Positions 13,260 to 26,200 of a DNA stretch of 64,000 nucleotides are shown here, piece by piece (position 1 is the first letter of the stretch; each line of letters starts with the position of its first letter). Position numbers and translations under genes: made by a program. The stretch covers positions 94,738,001-94,802,000 of the forward strand of contig NC_086108.1 of NCBI RefSeq assembly GCF_963921235.1, in the 5' to 3' direction. The stretch comes from Mobula hypostoma. Lineage: Eukaryota. The notes under the pieces are model-generated. The model was not told the DNA's origin. It was given only the letters and a program-made list of their open reading frames with translations, and did not search any database.

Positions 13260-13324
13260 CTAGAGGTAACAAATATAATTAGAAGAGAATTTGCGATTAT
13301 TAGATTATGAAAATTATTACATTA

Positions 13325-13872
13325 CACTCAGTGGCCACTTTATTTGGTGCCTCTATATACCTCGTTAATGCAAATATCTATTTAGTCAATCATGTGGGAG
13401 CAACTCAATGCATAAGAGTATGCAGACACGATCAAGATGTCAGTTCAAAGAGCAGAGTGGGGAAGAAGTGTGATCTAAGTGATTTTGACTATGGAATGAT
13501 TGTTGGTACCAGACAGGGTGGTTTGAGTATCTCAAACTGCTGATCTCCTGGGATTTTCACATACAACAGTCTCTAGAGTTTATACAGAATGGTTCAAGAG
13601 ACAAAAACATTCAGTGGGCAGCATTTCTGTAAGTAAATACACTTTGTTAATGAGAGAGATCAGAGGAAGATCACCAGACTGGTTCAAACTGACAAGAAGG
13701 CAACAGTAACTCAAATAACCACGCATTACAACAGAGGCGTTCAGAATATCATCTCTTAACACACATATTGAACCTTGAATTAGATGGGCTACAGCAGTAG
13801 AAGGCAACGAACATACACTCAATGGCCACTTTATTAGGTACAGGAGGTACCTAATAAAGTGGCCACTGAGTG
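13325..13872 (+). mobile_element. Tc1-derived non-autonomous element (MITE-like)
   Basis: TIR CACTCAGTGGCCACTTTATT / AATAAAGTGGCCACTGAGTG; remnant KKCDLSDFDYGMIVGTRQGGLSIS HTH. Confidence 0.85.
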
Positions 13873-14139
13873 TCAAACACTGGACAACTTTTTTTTTAAA
13901 AAAAGAGTTGCTTCCTCAGAGATTTTCTTGTTTATGATGGACTGCTTGAAGCTGAACACAAATATAATTTCATAATTTTAGACTACTTGTATCACATAGG
14001 AATTTGGAGAAACAAGAAATTAACTTTTATTAAATATTTAATTCCATAATGGTGCGTCACCTGACGCTTCACATAGTTCAACTAAGCTAAAATTGTTATT
14101 TTTGATGATTTTCAATTCTACTCAGTGTCTGGGGCTTCT

Positions 14140-14355
14140 TGCTTAAGTGTCCAACAATAATCAGCCAGTATTGATGGATTCCAGTTGTGCTGATACTGTT
14201 TCTCCTTGGCTGCAATATCATGGTGAAACCTCTCATCACGCTCATCACTGACAGCGCTAAGGTTTGCAGGCAAAACGTCTAAATGGGAATACAGAAAATG
14301 AATCTATAGTGACATGTTGCACTTCATTCTTTTGTATGCTTTGAAGCATGTTGGC
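14140..14355 (-). mobile_element. DNA transposase C-terminal relic, probably Chapaev3/CMC-like
   Basis: Manual translation: KCNMSL*IHFLYSHLDVLPANLSAVSDERDERFHHDIAAKEKQYQHNWNPSILADYCWTLK. Confidence 0.6.
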
Positions 14356-14729
14356 AATCAGATGCACCCAAAAATATTCAGGAAGCAAAATCTTTGTTGT
14401 CCAGTGTAATCGAACCTCTCTAATGTGAAAGAAGTACAGTACATAAAGACTAGCATGTACCAATATGATTGATAAGAATTTAATTTTTTATTTGATATGC
14501 CAAATCTAATTACCTATTATCAGCAATGAATTTTAAATTACAATGAGCATTTCAATCCCTCAAGGGGAAAGTACTGGTATTCAAGTTTACAATCATCATG
14601 AATTTCACTAAAAAGCCAAACGAAAATCCACCGGTTCTTGAGACTAGATAATGGAAATATATAGCTCATGTCCATACAAAAATAAAATCAACTTTTTAGC
14701 AATTTTTAACATTTTTGTGACAAGCTCAG

Positions 14730-15745
14730 TAGAAATTCTGTGATCTACCAGCAAGAATAGGTCACTCAGGGTCTCAAGCCTAATCTACCATTTAATACAT
14801 CATAGTTAACCTGTGTGTAATCTCACCTCTATATTCCTATCTGTGATAACCTTTAACCCCCTTGGTTAAAAATAATCGATTTATTGCTTCTTTAAAATTC
14901 TCATAAGGACGCTGCTGTCATAACCTTTTAAGGAAGGCTTATAAACTTTTAAAAGAGAAAAAAAATAGTTTCATAGTTGATGCCTTATTTTAAAATAGCA
15001 ACTTCTGGTTCTAGATTGTCCTTTAAAAGGAAGCATGTCCTCCCTATTCATCCTTCCAGGAGCAAATCTTAATATGTTTCAATCGTCCTCTAAATTCTAG
15101 TGGATATAATCATAGTATATGCTGTTTTACACTGAATGGAGTAGCAATGCAATTTTGTTGTCCTGAGCAATGACAACAAGGTTCTAATTAACATCTCCAA
15201 TCTTTCCTTATGAGACAACACCTCAATTGTAGATATTAATCTACTACATCTTCTCTGCGCCGATTCCAACCCTATAAATAAAACCAATAACATACATTAT
15301 GTGATCTCACCAATTCCTTGCACAACTTCCAGACTTATGTATTTGCTGCCATGATAAATAAATGAAAATGTTCTATCATCTTTCTTAATTACCTGCTCTA
15401 TCTATTGTGTATCCATCATCCTTTTTCTGATCATGGAAACAGCAATGAAGAAGAATCCTTTTACATTTGAGTGTGACAGTATTCCTGAGTCTCTACATGG
15501 GACTTGCATGACTGACAGTAGTGAAAACTGAGCTACTGACACGATGAAGGAAGCCCTGAACACTGCCAGAGATAGAGGACCTTCATTGCTACCTGAAATC
15601 CTTTCACAGCTCAGAGTTCTGCAATATCTACTTAGATGATGCTTTTGTTTTATATTTTTCTTGCCAAAGTGGACAGTTTTATATCTTCGCACATCATACT
15701 CCATTTGCAAGATCTTCGTTCATTCACTTATCATGTAAGTAAAGA
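14730..15745 (-). mobile_element. Old degraded CR1 3' fragment
   Basis: MQMEYDVRRYKTVHFGKKN and LESAQRRCSRLI motifs. Confidence 0.6.
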
Positions 15746-15763
15746 CAACTCAAAATTCCTATC

Positions 15764-15948
15764 AACACACATCAAAGTTGCTGGTGAACGCAGCAGGCCA
15801 AGCAGCATCTGTAGGAAGAGGTGCAGTCGACGTTTCAGGCCGAGACCCTTCGTCAGGACTAACTGAAGGAAGAGTGAGTAAGGGATTTGAAAGTTGGAGG
15901 GGGAGGGGGAGATCCAATGATAGGAGAAGACAGGAGGGGGAGGGAATT
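15764..15948 (-). mobile_element. Short Penelope-like pLTR insertion with 14-bp TSD
   Basis: TSD tcaaaattcctatc at 15750-15763 and 15949-15962; near-identical to 49821-49970 and 57800-57980. Confidence 0.85.
15824..15861 (-). ncRNA. Minimal type I hammerhead ribozyme motif
   Basis: UAGUC-CUGACGA-A-GGGUC UC GGCCU-GAAAC-GUC/GACUG. Confidence 0.7.
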
Positions 15949-16611
15949 TCAAAATTCCTATCTATGTTTTATTTATACATATATAGATGCAATTTTGCTT
16001 TTGGATTTTGGCATTTAATAAACTCTTACATAGGCACATGGATGATAGAAAAATTGTAGACTCTGTAGGAGGGAAGGGATAGATTCATCTACTTCCCATA
16101 ACATCACTGATGTTTAGGGCAGCTTGTTAGCCCTGAGCTGAACCCCCAAACCTGGAGAACTGGTGGACCACTTTTAGTCTGGCTTCTATCCTTTGACGTG
16201 TCTGGCATGGGTGACCCTACCAAGAGCCAAAGCATAAAGCCCTCACTCCAGCCAACATAGCTCTCTCTGGGTCATTGAGACACACAAGCCTCCAAACCCT
16301 ACAACAAGGTTGTGACCTCTTGGAGGAGATTCATCCAAGGTTAAAAGGACGGCATAATATCGTGGGATAAAGGGCCTGTACTGTGCTGTAATGTGCTGTT
16401 TCAAAAGTTTTTTTTCTCTAGTATCACAACAGGGATTTTCATGCTAAGGCATAAGCACAGTTTAGATAAAGCCTTTTATATTGTCCCTATAGCCTAAATT
16501 CCTAAATTGGTCTGCAAAACAATCTTTAGCAAAAAACTGTTTTATCTAGCTATTAAAACACAAGGTTATCTTTTGTTTCATTGCCTCAAATTGACTACTT
16601 TTCATAGTTAC

Positions 16612-16815
16612 CTTTTCATGAGATAGTTGAATAGTCTGATCCAACTCAAGAGTTAAACGGTCTGCTTCCTTTTGTACCTGTGCCAGCTGTTGTCGAGCCT
16701 CCTTCAATTCCAAATGACAGTGTTGCATTTGCTCACAAGCTAAGCGTACTTTTTGACTTTCACCCAATACTTCCTGCTGTTGCTTTAAGATGCACTGCTC
16801 CTTACTTGTCAGAAT
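16612..16815 (-). CDS. CCDC18: CCDC18 exon (ILTSKEQCIL...QLSHEK, 204 nt)
   Basis: ctctcag|ATT ... AAG|gtaact; matches recalled human ELAEARHQQVQAQREIERL...QLSKEK. Confidence 0.9.
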
Positions 16816-17599
16816 CTGAGAGTAAAATAAGACAAGTAGTAGAAAGACTCAAAATTTTAAGGTGTAGCTAGGACAATGCTTATATCTTTTTACAGTGTGT
16901 ACTCCATATATGTGAAGATTTTCTGTATTTAGTGTTTGGTGTTCTAACTTAATTAGCACAAGTCAACAGAAAACATGGAAATCCCATTTTTTTGGTACTG
17001 GAATACTGTAATATAGTTATGGTTCATTATGCAACTAAATCAGATTATTTTGTTCTTCCTGCTGAACTAAAGAAGATATCAAATCATCTCCTTGATTATT
17101 CTAATATTCTCTTGGTCTCTCAGCCCTATAATCCCATACATTCCATTACCCACGTGTTTGTAAATAAGTGCTTTCCTTGGTCTATTATTCTGTGAATCCA
17201 CTGGGGAAGTCAGAGGCCTGCACCCTGCGAGCCCACGAATCCAATGGAGGCTGGCGGGTAGGAGGTATACTGTCCTGGGGTTGGAGGACTCGTGTGTGAG
17301 AGAGTGGGTGGGCGGGTGGGTGGGTAGAAGGAAAGGGGCTTGTTTTACTGTTGTTATTTTATCGCTTTTGTTCTGCTGAACATCGTGGGTATGCTATGTT
17401 AACGCCGGAATGTGTGGCGACACTTGTGGGCTGCCCCAGCACATCCTTAGGTTATGGTGGTTGTTAACACAAATAACACATTTCTCTGTATGCTTCAATA
17501 TTTAATGTGATAAATAAATGATTCTGAATCATTGCCCAATTTTACTAATCACTACTGACTTCCAATTCTCTAATGCCTATTACTACAGTGATTTAGGGT

Positions 17600-17806
17600 G
17601 ATTCATTGCCACAAATGCTTGTGGAGGCCAAGTCATTAAGTATATTTAAAGCAGAGGTTGATCGGTTCTTGATTGGTGAGGAGGTTAAAATTTAAGGGAG
17701 AAGACAGGAGAATAGGGTTGAGAGGGGTAATAAATCAGCTATGATGGAATGGCAGAGCAGACTCGATGGGCCAAAGTGCCTAATTATGTTCCTATGTCTT
17801 ATGGTT
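17600..17806 (+). mobile_element. CR1 3' terminal fragment
   Basis: gtggaggccaagtcatt...gcagactcgatgggcc...cctatgtcttatgg CR1 3' end. Confidence 0.65.
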
Positions 17807-18166
17807 TCAATTCTCAATTCAATTTGTTCCTTCTAATCCACCATCTTTCTTCCCTACCCACAAACTCTTAATTCCCCCGCTATTAGCATCTTATGAAGCT
17901 TACCATCCTTTCCTTCAGGCCGTCAGTGGTAAATGTGTTTTCTGCCATTTTAGCTCATCTCTTTGATACTTTATTTCTAAATCTTTTAAATCCTCAGTCA
18001 TCTTCAACCCCTTTAAAGCTAATAGTTTAACCAAATATATTTTTGTCACCCTTCACAATTTCTGATATTTCCAGTCATTTTTTAAAAAATACCTTGGTAT
18101 TAAAGATTAAAGATCCTATTACCTGTACAGGTTTCTATTGCTTAAGGATTACTTGGATACTTCTAC

Positions 18167-18310
18167 CTGCTTGTATTCCTCAATTTGTAAATGTTTTACT
18201 TCAACTTCACTTTTCAGCTGCTTAATTTGCTGTTCCTTCTGGAGTAGTTCAAAGTCTTTCTCACACAGCTGTTTTTGTGTTGACTGTAGCTTTTCGTCCA
18301 AAGTTCCCAC
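18167..18310 (-). CDS. CCDC18: CCDC18 exon (VGTLDEKLQS...EEYKQ, 144 nt)
   Basis: ggacag|GTG ... CAG|gtagaa; matches recalled human LNDKLQNAKEQLREKEF. Confidence 0.9.
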
Positions 18311-19428
18311 CTGTCCATAGAAAATTACATTAAACTTTGTCTCAGATTTGGGAAGCAATTTGGATTGATAAACAGTTGGTGATGGAATGGGGTAGAGGGA
18401 GAGATAGAGAAGGTAATATTCAGAAAAAGAGTATAGACATATTTACTATCCAGCAGTATACCATAAAACAGCAAATGTGATATTAGCACATCTTCAGCCA
18501 ATAGATAAATAAGGGAGGGAATAACAAATAACATTATAGCTACTCTAGATAAGCGCAGAGATATCTGCACTCATCTTATTTTGCTCTGCTGATTATCTCT
18601 GAAGAGAATAATTTCAATAGCGCTGATTTAATCAATTGTCCGTGAGAGCAGTAGTGGAGGAGAAGACTGTTCACTAGTGAAGACTGCCTTGGTAACAAGC
18701 ACTAAAGGCCAGAGAAACAGCAAGGCCTCAAACAGTAAGACTACTTGACATAAGTAGGTCAAAATCAACCCTGTCTTTGAAGTTTCATGTCAAGTAATGC
18801 TCATGTCTCAGTATTTATTTGGAATATAGTTGTTCATTGTGCAAAAACAGCAATGCTCCCACCAGGCTTAGCTACTGTATCTGACAAAATAGTCATGGAT
18901 TTAAATACTGACGTTCACAATACAGAGGCATTCAAGAATATTAAAAGTGAAATATGTTTCCATATTTTTTCTTAAAAAACTAAGATCACTTATTTTAAAA
19001 TACTTAAACACACCTCAATGATGTAATACTATGAACCAAACAGAAATATTACTTTTAAATAAGTAACTTTTCTCCCCACCAGCCTTATAATATACATGAA
19101 GAGGTCACAGGTGCGGCACCAGGTCTAACCTAGCACAGGATCTAAAAACAGCCTTCATTGTAAATGCTGGGGATTTCAGTCAGCCTTTAGCCTCCTACTA
19201 AACTTGATGCAACTTGACCAGTAAGTTGTTAACTTCTGCAAGAGTACAGAAATCTTAAAACTCAACAGCACTGAAGTTGAGAAATCTAATTTCATGTTGA
19301 CCTGCCAGCAATATCCATGCAAGTAAGATTGCTAGAAACAATCATCTTCCCATCATTGTTCAAAGATGCCTTACTTTATGGTAAGCTTTGACTTCTTATT
19401 TCCACAGTGATGAAGCTAAAGTGGAATA

Positions 19429-22376
19429 CGGTGGATTCCAGTTAATTGGGCCATTGGCTAATTGTGACAGCTGCTCACTTGGGGTAACCCTTAAAGAACA
19501 AAAACTGACGAAGAAACAGCCAGGGTTCCCTTCATTCCTTTAGGACACTATGCCACTTCATTGGGACAGGAGACTGTTGCCAAAAAGTTTCTAACTAGCA
19601 TCAGTCGTGTGAACTATGTGACCGTTAAAGACACTGCACCGTGCTTACAGCGAACAGTTTTTAAATTAGTGTCAGTTGTGTGCTTTGTGCAGAAAGCAGT
19701 GAATTTTGTTACTGATATTTGGTGAAAAATAAGCAGAAAGAGAACTTAGAATCGTTTTGCTCACTGTGGTTTCAAGTATTCAGACTTCGAGATGCCAGAA
19801 ATGGCTGGGAGTGAAAATGAAATGAATTCACTACTTCAACAACTTCAATGAAATTTGAAGGTATCTACAATAATCTTGAATGTTGCAATGAAAATAAGGA
19901 TTTGGACAATGCAATCTTCAAAGGCATTATATGAAGACAGTCCATTATCTGTACTAGGTGTCTGCTAATTTTGTTAATTTACAATCAATAAAAAGAATAT
20001 GGCAGCATGTTGGTTGTCTGTTATAATCGACGACGTCAGTGAAACCTGTGCAGTTGAGATTTTAAAGTGGAAAAGCCATTGCATTGAACAGTTCCACTCT
20101 CTCAACCGCAGAAGTTCAGGTCCAGTGGTCCCAGTGGTCCTCACAAACTTGAGTCTTCCTTGTTGCAATGGATCACCATGACAACTTCTGTGCCTTATCA
20201 TGCCCTTCACTCTCCACGAAGCGTTGCAGAACCACCTTCTAGCCATTGGATCTCACTGTTGATCTCAGCCGCCCAGTTCACTTCATATTTTAGAACAGGC
20301 ATATCCCAATTTCACCAGGGTATGAGGCCCATCGGGTAATATCACCTCGTTTAGTCCGCCTGTCAAAGCGATGCACCAGGATCTGGCCACTGTTGCATGC
20401 AAACTGCTACTTAGAGCCACAGGGTAAGAGCTGAGTGGCAGGTGGGGACCAAATATGAGTGAGCTACCTCAGAACTGATATGACAAGTCCTTTCCCCAGA
20501 GGTGCTACCTCTCCCTGGATATTATGTACAGTGGATGAATTTCTCTGTCGATAACTATTAGGATCAGTTATCAGAATAGTACAGTTGTAGCATTGGTAGT
20601 GTTCTAATTTGAAAGTTTTTGACAACTCTTTAAGGGACACGACATCCATTCAGGCGACCTGTACCGAGTTGGATGGCTGGCTGAAATCTGTGGACAAATC
20701 TGGCCTACCTAGGAAGTTTAAAGCCTGGGTGTATCAGCATGGCATTCTTCCCACAATCCTGTGGCCCCTCCTCATCTATGCAGTTCCGATCTCGACAGTC
20801 GAAACCTTAAGAGAGGAGGGTTAGCAACCACCTCAGGAGATGGCTGGGGCTGCCAAAGAGCCTGAGCAGCATCGCACTCTATGGACACCACAACAAACTG
20901 CAACTGCCCTTCAAATCCTTGGAGGAAGAATTCAAGGTAACAAGAGCCAGAGAAGTGCTACAGTATAGGGACTCAAGTGACCCAAAGGTGGCTAGATCAG
21001 GGATCCATGTGAGGACTGGCAGGAAGTGGAGGGCAGAGGAAGCAGTTCAGGAGGCAGAGGCGAGGCTGCATCACAGGAGGTTGGTGGGAGTGGTCACACG
21101 AGGCCAAGCTGGGCTAGGATCCTTTCCAGCTCCCCAAATGGACACCAGAGGGAAGGAAAGGCGTCGTCTAGTTCAGGAGGAGGTGAGAGCAGTAGTGGAG
21201 GAGATGAGAGCCTGCAAGGCGGTGGGAATGAAGCAACAGTGAGCTTGGACAAGATGGGAGAATGCAGCTGAGAGGAAAGTGACCTGGGCTGATCTTTGGA
21301 AAGCCAAAACATACCGCATCCAATTTCTCATCCAGGCTGTGTACGATGTGCTTCCAAGCCCTTCAAACCTGCGCACATGGGGCAAGGCAGAGTCATCTGC
21401 GTGCCCACTGTGCTCCAAGCGAGGAACCCTGGAGTACATCCTCAGTGGCTGCGCAAGGGCACTTAGTGAGGGATGGTACAGGTGGAGGCATGATCAGGTC
21501 CTGAAGACCATTGCAGAAGCCATTATCACAGGAGTTGAGTGGGCAAAGCAGTCCCGACCCTCCCAGCAGACAAGTGCCTTTGTCAGAGCTGGGGAGCAGC
21601 CAATACCCGCCAAAAGAACATCTGCAGGCATCCTGACCTCTGCAAGGGACTGGCAGCTGTTGGTGGACCTCAAAGGACAGCTGACGTTCCCCAACCATAT
21701 CGCAGCCACCACCCTGCGACCAGACATTGTCCTAGTGTCTGAGTCTACTAAGCAAGTGGTGCTGCTGGAGCTGACAGTCCCATGGGAAGATCGCTTGGAA
21801 GAGGCCTTTGAAAGGAAGCTCTCCAAGTACGCAGGACTGGTCAGCAACTGTCAGCAGGCTGGATGGAGAGCGAGGTGTCTCCCAGTGGAGGTTGGTTGTA
21901 GGGGATTCGTAGCCCGTTCTTTAGCTAGAGCCTTCAGCATTTTAGGCATCGAGGGAGAGAGGAAGAGGAGAGCCATCCGCAGTACCACCAATGCGGCAGA
22001 GAGGGCCTCAAGATGGCTGTGGCTCAAAAGAGGAGAGCCATGGAGTCATAAGTAGCTAGCTATCTGGACACAAGCTGGGGTCTGATCAGCCCCGGCTGGG
22101 TCACCTGGAGGAGGTTGTACGATGTTGAAAGACCCGAAACACCCGATGATTCCAGGAACATCACTGAAGATGTGTCCAGAAGCATCAGTAGATGTATGTA
22201 CACAGCAGTTCTGTATTTCATTTGAATACTTAGTTTGTTACTCAGTTAAATGGTAGTTTAGATTTTTTTTAAAATACCTTCTTAACTATTTCTGTGAAAC
22301 TTTGGCTACGTGGGCAGCCGCTTAATTGGGCCAAAATGTACTGGTCCTGATGTATCCCAATTAACCAGATCCACTA
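19429..22376. mobile_element. Tigger/pogo-like non-autonomous DNA element hosting two nested insertions
   Basis: TA|CGGTGGATTCCAGTTAATTGGG ... CCCAATTAACCAGATCCACT inverted termini; interrupted at about 20012-20522 and 20610-22207. Confidence 0.65.
20610..22207 (+). mobile_element. 5'-truncated RLE-type non-LTR retrotransposon, Hero-like clade
   Basis: VYDVLPSPSNL, C-P-L-C...GTLEYILSGC zinc knuckle (His replaced), RWRHDQVL, RPDIVL...LELTVPWE...RKLSKY...PVEVGCRGF restriction-like endonuclease (ORF 21279-22055). Confidence 0.85.
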
Positions 22377-22474
22377 AATCTAACGTACTGTTTAACTGGG
22401 TCAGTCAGATTATTTGGCTTAACTCTGAAGACAACATTCAGATTTTTTATGTTCAAGAAGGAGGCATATCAAAC

Positions 22475-22591
22475 CTGTTTATTCCGTTCCTTAATGCCCA
22501 ATTCTGCTTTCTCCAAAGAAGCCTGTAAATGAATAATCTTCTGTTCCATCTCAGTTTTGTGCTCCTGAACATCCATATCCAATTTTGTAAG
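22475..22591 (-). CDS. CCDC18: CCDC18 exon ([39 protein letters not shown], 117 nt)
   Basis: ccacag|CTT ... CAG|gtttga; strong match to recalled human [37 protein letters not shown]. Confidence 0.93.
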
Positions 22592-22864
22592 CTGTGGAGT
22601 AAGTAATAAACTGTGCGATAAACCAATATTAAACTTCACAATTTTATTTTTTATCTTAATCTAAAAAGTTTTCTACAGCAAAATGAGATTACAAATCAGA
22701 ACTGAAACTTCAAAAAGGCAAGCATATCGAATATGGATCAATTAATTACACATTGTATAATCCTTGCCTAAATGGAATAACACAGTGAAGATAGTGATAT
22801 GTTTTCTTTTTAAGAGCTGATAACCTGTTTATTATTCCGGGGTCTGTATACCCTTTTGTCACTC

Positions 22865-23262
22865 TCCGAAATCCTGCCAACAATTGTATCATCAGCCAAT
22901 TTATAGATGCTGTTTGAACTATGCCTAGCCACAGTCATGAATGTAGAGAGAGTAGAGCAGAGGGCTAAGCACACAGCCCTGTGGAGTGACAGTGTTAATT
23001 GTCAGCAAGGTGGAGATGTTACTCCAATCCACATAGATTGCGGTCTTTTGGTTAGGAAGTTGAGGATCCAGTTGCAGAGGGAGATACTGAGGCCTAGCTT
23101 CAAAGGCTTTTTGATCAGGACTGCAGGAATAACAGGGTTAAATGCTGAACTATAGTCAATAAACAGCATTCTGACATAGGTATTTGCATTCTCCAGCTGA
23201 TCCAAGGCTGTGTGGGGAGCTATTGAGATTGCATCTGCTATAAATCTATTGTGGCAATATCA
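22865..23262 (-). mobile_element. Rex1/Babar RT fragment
   Basis: [18 protein letters not shown] and YKLADDT. Confidence 0.8.
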
Positions 23263-23299
23263 GTTTCGTTTTCTGCATTTGTAAAGAATTCAAAAATTT

Positions 23300-26200
23300 T
23301 GTTACCTTTGCTACTATTTCATTTCCATTTAGCCCTCATGGTCCATATGTAATTCCTCCCTTTTCTAAACATCTCTACCTCTAATTTCCGTCTTAAGGCC
23401 ACTGAAGACCTCAAGGTGCCCCAGACGCTTCCCTGGAGCGACCACCGTAAAGCCCCGCTGGTGGCCATCCACAGCTGCCGGAAGTGAGGCCTCTGCCGTC
23501 GACCTCGGAAATTGAGCCCGAGGCTCGACTGGAGCGGAGGCCTCCGCAACCGTAACTCGGCTTAAGGACTTGTTTCAGCCAGGAGCCCGGCCATCCGGGA
23601 TTAAGTGTCGGCTTCGGGGCCCGACCCAATCGACAGCCCGGGCCCCTGGCAGCTGGAAGTGGCAGCGGAGCCTCCCCCGTTACTTGGCCCGACCCGGAGC
23701 GCATGACGACGCGACCCGCTGATCGATTCCCACGGGACACGTCCACCAGCCTCAAAGAGCTGACAACAACACACTGCATCGATGGAAACCTGGAAAGAGG
23801 CACTATTTACTGAGGAAGCCTGGGAAAAGAGCTAGGCTGCTGATCAGATTGAAGCTGAGAGGCTTCAGGGTCCCTTTGCCCACCATCCTACTAGCTAATG
23901 TGCAAGCCATAGAGAACAAGGTGGATGATCTTAAAGGGAGACTCACCTACTGCAGGGTGATGCAGAACTGCTGTGTATTCTGTTTCACCGAGACCTGGCT
24001 CTCCCCTGACACCCCCGACTGTGCCATCCGAGCGGAGGGATTTTCGATCCATCGGATGGACCGCACAGCGTCTTCAGGAAAGATGAGGGGAGGTGGTGTC
24101 TGCCTACTGATCAACACTGCGTGGTGCTCGGACACAGTGGCACTGACAAGCTCCTGCAGCCCGGACCTGGAACACCTGTTGGTGAAGTGTCGCCCCTACT
24201 ATCTGCCACGGGAATTCACATCGGTCATACTGACAGCGGTCTACAATCCCCCCACCCCCAGGCGGACGTGGAGTGTGCTCTGAACATACTGTATGTCAAC
24301 ATCAGTGAACTTGAGACCAGGTATCCGGAGGCTTTGCTCATTACAGCCGGGGACTTTAACCAGGCCAACCTCAGAAAGGCGCTGCAAAAGTTATACCAAC
24401 ATGTCTCCTGCCCCATTAGAGGCCCGAATATACTTGACCACTGCTACACAACAGTCAAGGATGCCTACTGTTCTGTCCCACGGCCTCACTTCGGAAAATT
24501 GGACCATCAGGCTGTACTCCTCCTCCCAGCTTACAAACAGAAACAAAGTGGGAGGTCATGGTGTCAAAAGTAGTGTCGCATTGGATGGAGGAAACGGATG
24601 AGGTCCTCCTTGACTGCTTTGAAATCAGTGGACTGGTTAGTATTCAAGGACTCGGTAGCAAACCTCGATGTGTATGCCTCAGCTGTCACGGACTTTATTT
24701 GGAAATGCACGGAGGACTGTGTGTCTCGCAAGCCGATCCGGGTATTCCTTAACTGGAAACCTTGGATGAATTATGAGGTCAAGTCCCTTTTAAAGGCTAG
24801 AGCTGCGGCGTTTAGGTCCAGGGATACCAGTTGCTACACGGAATCCAGGCGTGAACTCCGGAAAGCCATTAAGGGCGCCAAGAGGCAGTATCGAGCCAAG
24901 TTGGAAGCCCAGGCTAACCAGAGGGATGCCAGTAGAGAATGGCAGGGTCTAAATGAGATCACTGGGCACAAAGAAAAGGCTGGGAATATCAATAACTGTT
25001 GCGCTTCACTTCCTGACGAACTTAACGTATTCTACGCAAGACTCGAACAGAAGAGGAGCATCCCGTTCCCTCCAGATGAACCGGACCTGGTGGCATCGAG
25101 ATTCGTCATCACCGAGGAGGACGTTAGAAGGGCCTTCCTGAAGATAAATCCTAGGAAGGCGACGGGCCCAGTTGGCGTCCCAGGATGGGTTCTCCAGGCC
25201 TGTGCAAGCGAGCTAGCTGGAGTGTTTGCTGACATCTTCAACTGCTCCTTGCTTCAGTCTAAAGTCCCCTCGTGTTTTAAGAAGGCAACGATAACCCTAG
25301 TGCCGAAGAAGAGCAAGGTGGCATGCCTGAATGACTATCGACCTCTGGCTCTGACATCAATTGCTATGAAGTGCATCGAGAGATTGGTTATGGCACACAT
25401 CAACCACAGCCTACCAGTCAACCTCGACGCTTTGCAATTTGCCTACCGGAGCAACAGGTCAATGGCAGATGCCATCTCTCTGGCCCTACATTCCTCCTTA
25501 GAACACCTAGAGAATAAAGACACATACGTAAGGCTCCTTTTCATTGACTACAGCTCTGCCTTTAATACCATCATTCCAAATAAACTGATTCCTAAGCTCC
25601 AGAACCTGGGCCTTAGCACTCAGATCTGCAGCTGGATCTTCAACTTCCTCACAGACAGGGCTCAGGCTGTAAAAATAGGGGACAAGCTCTCCTCTACAAT
25701 CACTCTGAGCACCGGTGCCCCACAAGGCTGTGTACTTAGACCCCTACTGTACTCACTGTACACCCATGATTGTGTAGCCAAGTTTCCATCAAACTCAATA
25801 TATACGTTTGCTGATGATACAATTGTAGGCCGTGGGGGCTTATATGGGAGGCAGGGTTTGAGGGTCGGCACAACATTGTGGGCCGAAGGGCCTGTACTGT
25901 GCTGTACTATTCTATGTTCTATGTAATGATGAGTTTGAGTACAGAGAGGAAATTAAGAACCTGGTGGCATGGTGCAAAGACAATAACCTATCCCTCAACG
26001 TCAGCAAGACGAAGGAATTGGTTGTTGACTCAGAAGGAGTAGCAGACCGCACGACCCAATTTACATCGGTGGTGTGCAAGTGGAACAGGTCAAAAGCTTT
26101 AAGTTCCTCGGGGTCAATATCACAAAGGACCTGACTTGGTCCATCAAAGCAGAGTTCACTGCCAAGAAGGCCCACCAGCGCCTTTACTTCCTTAGAAAAC

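Noticed and set aside
23380..23780. CpG-island-like GC-rich segment as a host promoter
   Set aside because: Directly upstream of the Rex1 endonuclease ORF; best explained as the LINE 5'UTR.
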